Origin: Candidatus Sigynarchaeum calidifontis
GTDB lineage: Archaea > Asgardarchaeota > Lokiarchaeia > Sigyniarchaeales > Sigyniarchaeaceae
Length of the DNA stretch: 12,864 nt
Direction of reading: 5' to 3'
Assembly: GCA_030587475.2 (NCBI GenBank)
Contig: JAUQYZ020000208.1
Span: 1-12,864 of the forward strand
Position numbers and translations under genes: made by a program. Below are positions 1-7,702 of the stretch, one piece after another. The number at the start of each line of letters is the position of its first letter. Position 1 is the stretch's first letter. The notes beneath the pieces are model-generated. The model was given only the letters and a program-made list of their open reading frames with translations, had not been told where the DNA came from and made no database searches.

Positions 1-54
1 ACAAAAAAAAGTATCGTTTTCCCTGGTGGTAAAAAATGGGCGCCTAACGGCCTA

Positions 55-63
55 TTATTTAAA
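55..63 (+). promoter_or_regulatory. Putative archaeal TATA box for the 51-aa gene
   Basis: TTATTTAAA at 55-63, about 55 nt upstream of ATG 116, leaving room for a leader that contains the SD-like GGTGA (103-107). Confidence 0.55.
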
Positions 64-115
64 AAAAACGACTCGAATGAAATCCGTGCAATCAAAACCG
101 TTGGTGAAAGCGAAC

Positions 116-271
116 ATGGATGGCGAATTGAAGAAAGCGATCGAAGCGGGTACTTCCCTCAAAAAAGTAGACCAGGAAGAACTCAAGAAAAGGGAAGAAG
201 AAAAAAAGAAGCGCTTGGAAGAGTTGAAGGCACTGGCTGCGAAATTGGAAGCACAAGCGCCAAAAGAATGA
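116..271 (+). CDS. Small 51-aa protein: WH2-like motif (ELKKAIEAGTSLKKV) followed by an E/K-rich helical or coiled-coil tail
   Basis: ATG 116 lies 8 nt after GGTGA; upstream TATA; downstream T-run; purine-rich coding-like composition. Protein MDGELKKAIEAGTSLKKVDQEELKKREEEKKKRLEELKALAAKLEAQAPKE. In-frame ATG 77 is an alternative start. Confidence refers to the CDS; function is inference. Confidence 0.8.
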   Translation: MDGELKKAIEAGTSLKKVDQEELKKREEEKKKRLEELKALAAKLEAQAPKE

Positions 272-280
272 ACTATATCA

Positions 281-301
281 CTCTTTCTCCATTATTTTTT
301 T
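281..301 (+). terminator. Pyrimidine-rich/oligo-T archaeal terminator candidate
   Basis: CTCTTTCTCCATTATTTTTTT begins 10 nt after the stop at 271; T7 run at 295-301. Confidence 0.55.
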
Positions 302-354
302 AAAATCCGACGTGCGAGCAGCGGCAACGGGCATTTATCGACTTAGCAGGCCGG

Positions 355-726
355 ATGCTTAGAGCGATTCAAGGTACATATAATTTACCAAACCGGGCAC
401 CCCTGAAAAAGATCCTCGAGGATCACCTCAAACTGTTCGGCGAGATCCATTCCGATGCCGATTTCTTGTATACTTTGGATCTATGGCATGCCATCGATGG
501 ATATCCGAACCAGACCACCATGGTCTTCATCTATAACAAGTGAAAGGACTTCACGCGGGACGGGATGATCGTAGAATTCAGCCATAATATATTCAGCGCA
601 ACATCGACAAAAGATCGCATCATCGTCGGTGGTATGGCGGAAGAGACTTGACCAGCCACTGGTACAGCATACTATGCTTGTATTACAAGGAAACGCAGTT
701 GCCCGAGCAAGACGGCGGATGAATAG
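355..726 (+). pseudogene. Possible degraded gene of unknown function (62-aa ORF that continues through two in-frame TGA)
   Basis: The frame opened at ATG 355 is interrupted only by TGA 541-543 and TGA 649-651 before TAG 724-726, and fills the gap up to the convergent stop at 740. No family recognised. Confidence 0.25.
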
Positions 727-739
727 TATCTCCGGTAAC

Positions 740-1129
740 CTATTTCAAGAATTTTTCGACAAGAATCTTGAATTTTTCGATCTTTTCGGGCGAGATGACG
801 CCCCGTTCGATAGACTCGCGATCCTCCCAAAAAAAATGCACGAAATTCTCCAGGACCATGTCCATCTTGTCGTGCAGGTCCGCATCATCGTGATTCTTCG
901 TCGATGCTATGCAAAAGATCAGCTCGCTGGTGAAATGCGACTGGTCGAATATAAATTTCGTGGACCCGGTAATGAACAGCGAGACACCGGATTGCGAGTA
1001 CATCTCCGCCCACGAGCTTGCCGCTGATAGGAATGCCCCGACGAGCTTCGGGTCGGTCTTGTTCGGGGCAATCTGGTGGTGGAACAGCAACATGCCAGAC
1101 TTGTTGAAGATATAAAAGGACTGCAGCAT
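740..1129 (-). CDS. Standalone longin-like domain protein (about 129 aa)
   Basis: N-terminal MLQSFYIFNKSGMLLF beta-hairpin typical of longin folds (TRAPP small subunits, AP sigma, Asgard longins); helix DPKLVGAFLSAASSWAE; three further strands and two C-terminal helices. GGTGA (1142-1138) lies 8 nt before ATG 1129, favouring that start over 1144 or 1135. Confidence 0.75.
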   Translation of the reverse strand: MLQSFYIFNKSGMLLFHHQIAPNKTDPKLVGAFLSAASSWAEMYSQSGVSLFITGSTKFIFDQSHFTSELIFCIASTKNHDDADLHDKMDMVLENFVHFFWEDRESIERGVISPEKIEKFKILVEKFLK

Positions 1130-1171
1130 GCCCATCGTCACCAAGTCGCTCCGCTCGGCTGGCTCGATGAA

Positions 1172-1178
1172 ATATAAA
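1172..1178 (-). promoter_or_regulatory. Putative TATA box of the longin-like gene
   Basis: Minus-strand TTTATAT about 43 nt upstream of ATG 1129. Confidence 0.55.
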
Positions 1179-1249
1179 CAGCTCGATTCCTTCCGGCGGT
1201 CATATTAATGATCGCGTCGTTCCCTTATAAGAAATACGCGGCAAGTCCT

Positions 1250-2098
1250 TCACAATGCCATTTGAATAACCTTTACGAGTGCGCGAACCCGCGCTGCATC
1301 GACCGCGTTCTGGACGTTCCCGTTTTCCTTGAGCGACGTGCCCACGATGCAACCATCGATCGTGTTACCGGAAAGCTTGACCATCGACGTGATGTTCTCG
1401 ACCGAAACGCCGCTTCCGACGAGTAACTTTGTTTTGGGCAAAATTTTTTTCACGCTGGCCAGCTGCGCGAGCGTGTCCCCCGGAGGTTCGGCACCGGTCG
1501 CATCACCCGTGTAGATCAGCGCCCCGTCGACCAGGGCCCTGGATACGAGATCCTCGCTCTCTTGCAACACGGACCTTTGCATCAACGGCGTCGCGTGCTT
1601 CACGCGCACGTCAGCATAGATGAGCACGTTCTCGGCACTGATCGCCCTGCGATAACGCAAGGTCTCGTGCGCCGTGCCGTTGATGACACCTTGGTCCGTC
1701 ACCGCCGCACCGGCATGGATGTTGACGCGTATAAACTGCGCGCCGACCGCCTTCGAGATAGCTAGGGCCGACACGGCATCGTTGCGAAGCACGTTGATCC
1801 CGATGGAGAACGACTCGTTAGTTGAAAATGGATCGACATCGCTCACGCACGATGTCACGACACGGGTCATCGCCGCCACCGTCTCGGGAGGAACGCGTCC
1901 AGGAAAAAACGGCGCGTCGCCGAAGTTTTCGAAAATAACGCCGCTCATGCCCGCCTTCAGGTAGATATCCAGTTCCCGCTCGGCGCGGTCGATGACGGCT
2001 TGCAAGCCTTCAAGCTCGTCGAACCCCGGGCTGCCAGGTAACGGGAGCAAGTGAACCATGCCGATGCATTCGAAAGTTTTACCGCTTTTTGTTTTCAT
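1250..2098 (-). CDS. BtpA/SgcQ family TIM-barrel protein
   Basis: IGMVHLLPLPGSP, ENFGDAPF, GINVLRND, FIRVN, ADVRVKHA, TGDATG, VGSGV, IVGTSLK motifs. ATG 2098 is 7 nt after the upstream gene's stop and avoids the overlap implied by 2137. Confidence 0.93.
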   Translation of the reverse strand: MKTKSGKTFECIGMVHLLPLPGSPGFDELEGLQAVIDRAERELDIYLKAGMSGVIFENFGDAPFFPGRVPPETVAAMTRVVTSCVSDVDPFSTNESFSIGINVLRNDAVSALAISKAVGAQFIRVNIHAGAAVTDQGVINGTAHETLRYRRAISAENVLIYADVRVKHATPLMQRSVLQESEDLVSRALVDGALIYTGDATGAEPPGDTLAQLASVKKILPKTKLLVGSGVSVENITSMVKLSGNTIDGCIVGTSLKENGNVQNAVDAARVRALVKVIQMAL

Positions 2099-2105
2099 TG
2101 TCTTG

Positions 2106-2972
2106 TCACGCACGCGAGATAAGTAGGCGCAATGCAAGCACGATGGCGCCTGCGTATTCCTCCACTGTCCCCACCCGTGACGTGTCCATCACGGGCCCGG
2201 GGAATCCCGGCCCGAGATAGAAGGCGCCGTGCGAGTGTCCACCGCCCAGGTGCAGCAAGGTGCGGTATATCAGGTTCCCAGAGATGCCATCTGGGGCAAT
2301 TATGGTGTTCGCTCCTTTTTCGAAGGCATCTTCGATCAAGATCTCCCCGTGCTGGATAGCAAGGGACGGGTGCTGTAACTTGAGTTTTTCCACGAGCCGA
2401 ATTGTACTTGCTATGGAATCACGGATCCGCGGGCTGCGCTCGGCATCGTCGAGCCGGCCCGCCGATAACAAGTAGAAGGATGGCACGATGCCGATTTTCT
2501 GGAGTAGTTCCGTGGCGAGCTCGATCAGTATTTCTTTCTGTTCGCTGTCTCCACCCTCGTCTATACCCACGGGCGCGAAGAGGAAATCCTCGCGCGCTGC
2601 AGTCGAGAGCATGGCCAATCGGTACGTGTGTTTCAAGTTGAACTGCCGCTTCAACTCTGCCAGGAAGGTGGACGACGATAGCTGCCCGCGGATGATGGCG
2701 TGAACCTTCCCGGCCTTGAGATCCGAGATCATGTCCATCGCGGGATTGGAGCTCGGGCGCCAGCGCACCCCTCCTTCTACGGGGAGGTTGTCTTGTCCAC
2801 CCCTGTCATGGTATGCTACGAGGACGAGGCCGGTTTCACCGAGTTTTGCCCTGCAGTCGCTGATTACCGCGCCAATTTTTTCCGTATCGGCCAGTCCGAT
2901 GCCTACGAGAAACGATCGGGCATCTCGCCCCGAGCAAGCGATTCTCGTGGCATCGAGCAGCTTTCTAAACAT
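2106..2972 (-). CDS. MtxX / methanogenesis marker protein 4-like protein (phosphate acetyl/butyryltransferase-like fold)
   Basis: AIIRGQLSS, FLFAPVGIDEG, SAGRLDDAERS, ILIEDA, IIAPDGISGNLIYRTL, HLGGGHSHGA and DTSR match my recollection of the MtxX/Mmp4 family; SD-like GGGGATGA upstream. Confidence 0.85.
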   Translation of the reverse strand: MFRKLLDATRIACSGRDARSFLVGIGLADTEKIGAVISDCRAKLGETGLVLVAYHDRGGQDNLPVEGGVRWRPSSNPAMDMISDLKAGKVHAIIRGQLSSSTFLAELKRQFNLKHTYRLAMLSTAAREDFLFAPVGIDEGGDSEQKEILIELATELLQKIGIVPSFYLLSAGRLDDAERSPRIRDSIASTIRLVEKLKLQHPSLAIQHGEILIEDAFEKGANTIIAPDGISGNLIYRTLLHLGGGHSHGAFYLGPGFPGPVMDTSRVGTVEEYAGAIVLALRLLISRA

Positions 2973-2990
2973 GAATCTATCATCCCCGTC

Positions 2991-4163
2991 TCATGCTTGT
3001 TGCAAGGAAGACGCCACAATCGCCCGTGCATGTCGGCGGATAAAAAACTTGACGAGCATGTATGTACCGAGTATGCCAAACGCTGTGAACGAGATGTAGA
3101 CAAAAATGTCAGAGTAACTCTCCATCCCGATATTGGCCAGCTCCGAGTAAATGTAAGAGTAGACCACGAGCAGCGAATCGTACATCCCGTGGACCAAGAT
3201 CATCAAGTTCAGGTTCTTGGTCTTCCAGTAGATCCCGCAGAGGACCAGCGACAGCAGGAAATAGGGGAAAAACAAGAACGGGAGCGACGTTATAGTGATA
3301 AAACCCGCTATCACGTGTACCATGGTGAAAAGCATTGCCGATATCACGAGCGCATGCCTCGGATCCATACGTGCCTCGAGTCCTTGCTGCGAGAAGCCCC
3401 GGAACAGCATTTCCTCGGTTGGACCGATGATGAACACCATCGATGCCACGAGCAAGACGAGTTCGAGCGGATTATTTGGGGTTATGGACTGATCCACGTC
3501 GCTAATCCCGCTGCTACCGCCCGGGATGAGTGGCGTCCACAGCGCGTCGTTGAGGACGATGACGATGAACTGGAATCCGACGAGCGCCAGGGCGATGACC
3601 AACGCCCAAACGATATCCTTTCCCAACCGACCCAAACCCCGCCCCGATTCCCCCGTGTATGGCGACCAGCCGAGTAACATAAACCGCTCCTTCACGCTCT
3701 TCCGGTACTTGCGCATGATGGCGAACGGAGGGATCACCAACACGAATTCGGTGACAGAAAGCAGTGCGGTCATGATCGGGGTGAGAAGCAAGCTATTGAC
3801 GGCCTCAAGGAGGACCTCCAAGTCGCCAGACGCGAGCGAGGGATTCACGGCGATGACTGCGAAAATCACGATGACCGTGGCAATGAACATGGCTGCCATG
3901 AGCAAGCCCATGCCGATAGCAACCGAAAGCAACGACCATTTCAGCGGCCACAAGGCACGGCCAGTGAGCGGGTTCGAATCCTTCTCTGGCTTGAAGGGGA
4001 CCAAAGCCATGTTCACGATGCCGCCGCAAAACGGGCAATATACGGGGGTGAGGGGAGTAAAACGCGATATGTCCTTTTTGCAATAATTACATGCCATCGC
4101 GGGGACGCTTGCTGGTTCCGGGATCAACGGCTGTTCCTTACCGGTTTCGGGTCGGGGCTCCAT
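2991..4163 (-). CDS. CPBP family (type II CAAX/Rce1-like/Abi) intramembrane glutamic protease with N-terminal zinc ribbon
   Basis: GPTEEMLFRG (EExxxR), FTMVH (FxxxH), HGMYD (HxxxN/D); multiple hydrophobic TM segments; CNYC...CPFC near the N-terminus. Confidence 0.9.
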   Translation of the reverse strand: MEPRPETGKEQPLIPEPASVPAMACNYCKKDISRFTPLTPVYCPFCGGIVNMALVPFKPEKDSNPLTGRALWPLKWSLLSVAIGMGLLMAAMFIATVIVIFAVIAVNPSLASGDLEVLLEAVNSLLLTPIMTALLSVTEFVLVIPPFAIMRKYRKSVKERFMLLGWSPYTGESGRGLGRLGKDIVWALVIALALVGFQFIVIVLNDALWTPLIPGGSSGISDVDQSITPNNPLELVLLVASMVFIIGPTEEMLFRGFSQQGLEARMDPRHALVISAMLFTMVHVIAGFITITSLPFLFFPYFLLSLVLCGIYWKTKNLNLMILVHGMYDSLLVVYSYIYSELANIGMESYSDIFVYISFTAFGILGTYMLVKFFIRRHARAIVASSLQQA

Positions 4164-4277
4164 GGGGATCGCCAGGCGCGCGGCAAGGATATCCCGCGCT
4201 GCATCTCAACATGCCTAGAATCGGAAATCTTAGATTAAAATGTTAACGAGAGATTTTTTTTCGCCGATTTTTTGGTT

Positions 4278-6092
4278 CTAATGCGTGAACCACGCGTGTA
4301 ACTTCGTTTTCGTGACAGATTGCACTTTAACAAAGCCGAAACGCTCGAACTGGAGCATGTCACCCGCTTTAACCGACTGCAAGTTCAATTCACCTTTACC
4401 CGAAATAATCTTGCCATCCGGCATCAAGATCTGGACATTTACGTTGTTTTTCGGTTCGGAATCGACCCATTGGATGACAGGGGCTTTTTGATTTCTTGCC
4501 GCGTCGAGATCTTTCGAATGGAACGTGGCTTTTGTGACATCACCGCCCGGGATCGTGATATTAAACAAGTCCTTGAGCCGGACGAGCACGTCCCCGCCGA
4601 GACCTTTTATCTTCTCGACATCGGAAGCAGAAACGAGCAGCTTCTTGGCCCCCTCCTTGACCGTGATCGAGATGGTTCGCTTCCCGAGCGATGGATTGAG
4701 CGGGTTCACGAGCGGCTCGGCCTTGTACATGCTGCCTGGTATGCCGGTGATGCACACGGTGACGGGCTCCTCGACGAAAAAGTAACGGTTCGATATGGGG
4801 TCGATGATCTTTTGATTCTCCGCATACATTATGGATGCGGGAAAATCGACATCCGCCAGCTTCAATCCCTGGGATAATAGAACGTTACGAAGTGGTTCAG
4901 GCCGTATACCACGCCTGTCCAGCGATTGCAACGACCACGTGCGCGGGTCATCCCAGCCGACGTATTCTCCCTTCGCGATCATCTCCCGAGCATATGTCTT
5001 ACTAAGTTTACCGAGCTTCTCGGTCGAGATGATGCCGTAATGCAGGATGTGCGCTGGCTTCCAGCCGAATAACTTCCAGATATGTCCCTCGATGAAGTCT
5101 TCCTTGAAGAGATCCTTGCCGCGGATGATATGCGTTATGCCAAGCAGGTGATCATCGAGCCCCCAAGAAAATTCGAGCATGGGCCAAACTCGATATCTCG
5201 TGCCAACGCGAGGGTGTTCCGCGTCCGAGATGCGCATAATGACAGGCTCTCGCAGCGCGGGATCGCTCAAGTCGATGCCGCTCTTGAGCCGGATGACTGC
5301 CGAGCCCTCCTCGTATGTCCCATCGAGCATCTTCTGGAACTCTTCCAATGCCACCTCGATGGCTTGGTCACGATGGGGGCATGGCTTTTTTGCATCCTTG
5401 AATGCCTTGAATGCGGTGGCATCGCACGTGCACGCGTATGCTTCTCCCATCTCGATGAGCTTCTTGCAATAATCGTAATAAATGGGAAGTCGATCGCTCT
5501 TGAAGACCTCCTCGTGCCATTTCACGCCCAGCCATTTCAACCCTTCCCGAATCATGTCATACGCTTCGGGCAAAACATATTTGGCACCGGAATCTTCTTC
5601 CTCGATTTTTTTCTTCATGGCGCCGATAGTATCGTCAAAGGCTAGAATTAGCTTTCCATTGGTCATTTTCGCATACTCGTCGTTCAACACGACCATGCGA
5701 GCATTTCCGATGTGTAATGGACCGCTCGGGAAAGGGGCCATGCGGAAAATGGGGGTGTAAGGAAGATGGCCGCTTGTTTTTTCCATGTCTGGGAGCGGAG
5801 GGAGCCCTTCCTTCTCCTCCTTCCGCTTGGGGCCGAGTTCATCAGCGTTGATCCCGAACGTTGCTAATTCGGCCATGATTCGGTCAATCGCCATTGCATT
5901 GACTTCTTTCACGGCTTCCTCCACGAGCGGTTTTATTTCCTTTGCCTTCGATCTTAATTCCTTCATCTCGCCCATGATCGCGCTGAGCACCGAGCCCGCT
6001 TGTGCGGTGCCGTTGTATTTCGCCGCGTTGATCAGCGCGGATTTCCGAATGATGATCTTCAAGTCATGCTCGTTCATGTAACGCGTCGCCAT
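4278..6092 (-). CDS. gltX: Glutamate--tRNA ligase, archaeal/eukaryote type
   Basis: ALINAAKYNG N-terminal domain, RMAPFPSGPLHIGN (HIGH), FDDT, CTC...CPHR, THIIRGKD, KLSKT (KMSKS), GWDDPRTWSL, RRGI, C-terminal QFERFGF. Start is ATG 6092 or 6077. Confidence 0.97.
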   Translation of the reverse strand: MATRYMNEHDLKIIIRKSALINAAKYNGTAQAGSVLSAIMGEMKELRSKAKEIKPLVEEAVKEVNAMAIDRIMAELATFGINADELGPKRKEEKEGLPPLPDMEKTSGHLPYTPIFRMAPFPSGPLHIGNARMVVLNDEYAKMTNGKLILAFDDTIGAMKKKIEEEDSGAKYVLPEAYDMIREGLKWLGVKWHEEVFKSDRLPIYYDYCKKLIEMGEAYACTCDATAFKAFKDAKKPCPHRDQAIEVALEEFQKMLDGTYEEGSAVIRLKSGIDLSDPALREPVIMRISDAEHPRVGTRYRVWPMLEFSWGLDDHLLGITHIIRGKDLFKEDFIEGHIWKLFGWKPAHILHYGIISTEKLGKLSKTYAREMIAKGEYVGWDDPRTWSLQSLDRRGIRPEPLRNVLLSQGLKLADVDFPASIMYAENQKIIDPISNRYFFVEEPVTVCITGIPGSMYKAEPLVNPLNPSLGKRTISITVKEGAKKLLVSASDVEKIKGLGGDVLVRLKDLFNITIPGGDVTKATFHSKDLDAARNQKAPVIQWVDSEPKNNVNVQILMPDGKIISGKGELNLQSVKAGDMLQFERFGFVKVQSVTKTKLHAWFTH

Positions 6093-6180
6093 GCTTAATG
6101 AAGGCAACAACACAGAAAAACATAGTGAAAGGCACGATTACCGGGGGGGAGAAGAAATACTGAGCAGCGGCCCGGCAAGG

Positions 6181-7626
6181 TCAGAACACGTCGAGCGCGC
6201 CCTTGAACAGGGTTCGCAACCGCCGGAACTCGTTCGGGTTCAAGTATTGATTCACGATGCCACGCCTGAACCGGCTTGCGAAGTTTCTGTAAAAAGCTCG
6301 CGCGAGATATGTGGGCCTGGCGAAGATTTTCATGTAACGCTCGTTTACCATACGCTTGAGGATCTTCCGTTTCATAATCGAACCGGGCAAGTCAATGATA
6401 TCCACGCCTGCTTCCCAATACTTGTTATCGTCAAGAATGTTCCGACGGGCGAGGTCGGCATATATCGGGGTTCCCGGCAAGGCACGCGCGAGGAGGAGTT
6501 GTGGAAAATCGACGTCGATCGACTTGATGAACTTGATCGTCTGGTTCACTTCTTCGTACGTCTCGTCCGGTGCCCCGACAATGAATGTACCGACGATGGC
6601 ATCGATCCCTGCTTTTCGGGCATGTTTTACCGCGACCCGGCTCATATCCGGCGTGATTTTTTTGTTGTAATAATCGAGAATGCGCTGGACGCCGCTCTCG
6701 AACCCGAAGAATAGAGTCGAGAACCCGGCTAGCTTCATGTGCCGGAGCATGGAATAGTCGCTCTGGTTGACACGTCCCTCGGTAGAGAGAAACAAGTCGA
6801 GTTTTTCTTTCTGGATACGCTCGCAGAGTTCCATGACCAGTTTTCTCCTCAGGGTGAAGTTATCATCGACCAGGACCACGTTTTTCGTTCCCATACTCGC
6901 GATTTCACACAATTCTTCTACGAACGCATCCACGGATCTAACACGGTAGGTACCCCTGGTGAACATGCGGCACGCGCAGAAAGTACACGCATATGGGCAC
7001 CCCCGCGAGAAAAAAATGGTGGTAGTTTTATAGCCCGATGCCTGGATCCCGGGAACCTCGTTTTTATACATGTCCGGGAGCATGGAGCGATCAGGAAGAG
7101 GGAGCGTGTCGAGATCCATGATCAATTTTCGATCTGCATTTTCCTTGATACGATGGTTTGCTTTAAACGAGACTCCCTCCACTTCTTCAAGTGGACGTCC
7201 TTTTTCCCATGCATCGAGAAGCTCCTTGAAAGTGACTTCTCCTTCGCCCCGCACGCACGCGTCGAGCCACGGGTAGTGTTCGAGCATTTGCCGCGCGGAA
7301 AAAGTAGCGAGGTAATTTCCGAACACGATTTTCAAGTTTGGGTTCCAAGCTTTCAGATTTGCAGCAATGATCTTTGCATTGTCAATCGATTTGCTCAAGA
7401 CACCGATACCGACAACATCAGGATCGATTTTTTTCACTTTTTCGATAACACCCTCGTTGGTCAGCCTAAACGCGGATTGATCGATGATGGTTGGTTCATG
7501 GCCGCATTTCTTGGCATAGGTGGCTAACAATAGAAGCCCCAAGGGGTGCATGTGCCTAGTGGTAAGAAAATCGTCGGATCCGGTGTCACGGCTCACTGCC
7601 GCCGGTGCGATCAGCACGGTCTTCAT
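6181..7626 (-). CDS. Cobalamin-binding (class B-like) radical SAM protein
   Basis: N-terminal B12-binding domain (HPLGLLLLA...PDVVGI...VRGEGE), SRGCPYACTFC (CxxxCxxC), DDNF, GFESG, FIVGAPDET, PGT motifs. Start is probably ATG 7626 (AGGA upstream); alternatives 7641 and 7647. Confidence 0.93.
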   Translation of the reverse strand: MKTVLIAPAAVSRDTGSDDFLTTRHMHPLGLLLLATYAKKCGHEPTIIDQSAFRLTNEGVIEKVKKIDPDVVGIGVLSKSIDNAKIIAANLKAWNPNLKIVFGNYLATFSARQMLEHYPWLDACVRGEGEVTFKELLDAWEKGRPLEEVEGVSFKANHRIKENADRKLIMDLDTLPLPDRSMLPDMYKNEVPGIQASGYKTTTIFFSRGCPYACTFCACRMFTRGTYRVRSVDAFVEELCEIASMGTKNVVLVDDNFTLRRKLVMELCERIQKEKLDLFLSTEGRVNQSDYSMLRHMKLAGFSTLFFGFESGVQRILDYYNKKITPDMSRVAVKHARKAGIDAIVGTFIVGAPDETYEEVNQTIKFIKSIDVDFPQLLLARALPGTPIYADLARRNILDDNKYWEAGVDIIDLPGSIMKRKILKRMVNERYMKIFARPTYLARAFYRNFASRFRRGIVNQYLNPNEFRRLRTLFKGALDVF

Positions 7627-7673
7627 GTATCCTACCAACATGTGCAAGTTTCATTCCCGGGAACGACGCCAAC

Positions 7674-7702
7674 ATGATGCATTATTCCTGGGGATGCTTC
7701 AT
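7674..7702. repeat. Imperfect inverted repeat upstream of the radical SAM gene
   Basis: ATGATGCAT-N11-ATGCTTCAT (8 of 9 complementary); nearby perfect palindrome TTCCCGGGAA at 7654-7663. Confidence 0.35.

Noticed and set aside
26-115. N-terminal extension of the first ORF from GTG 26
   Set aside because: It runs through the TATA-like and SD elements; ATG 116 has the better initiation context.
629-1027. 132-aa plus-strand ORF
   Set aside because: Mostly antisense to the longin-like gene, with no recognisable motifs.
2700-3677. 325-aa plus-strand ORF
   Set aside because: Antisense shadow of the CPBP and MtxX-like genes; its H/R/D/Q-rich composition is what the reverse of hydrophobic codons produces.
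4252-4273. Two GATTTTTT tracts after gltX as a terminator
   Set aside because: The T-runs are on the plus strand; the gltX transcript would read A-rich. More likely part of the AT-rich promoter region of the CPBP gene.
6143-6149. G7 homopolymer as a phase-variation site
   Set aside because: Short and intergenic; it fits a pyrimidine-rich tract on the minus strand after the radical SAM stop, and there is no evidence of variability.
4285-7527. Series of long plus-strand ORFs (4320-4877, 5082-5645, 6091-6714, 6739-7527 and others)
   Set aside because: Antisense to well-supported gltX and radical SAM genes; no motifs; expected from codon bias.
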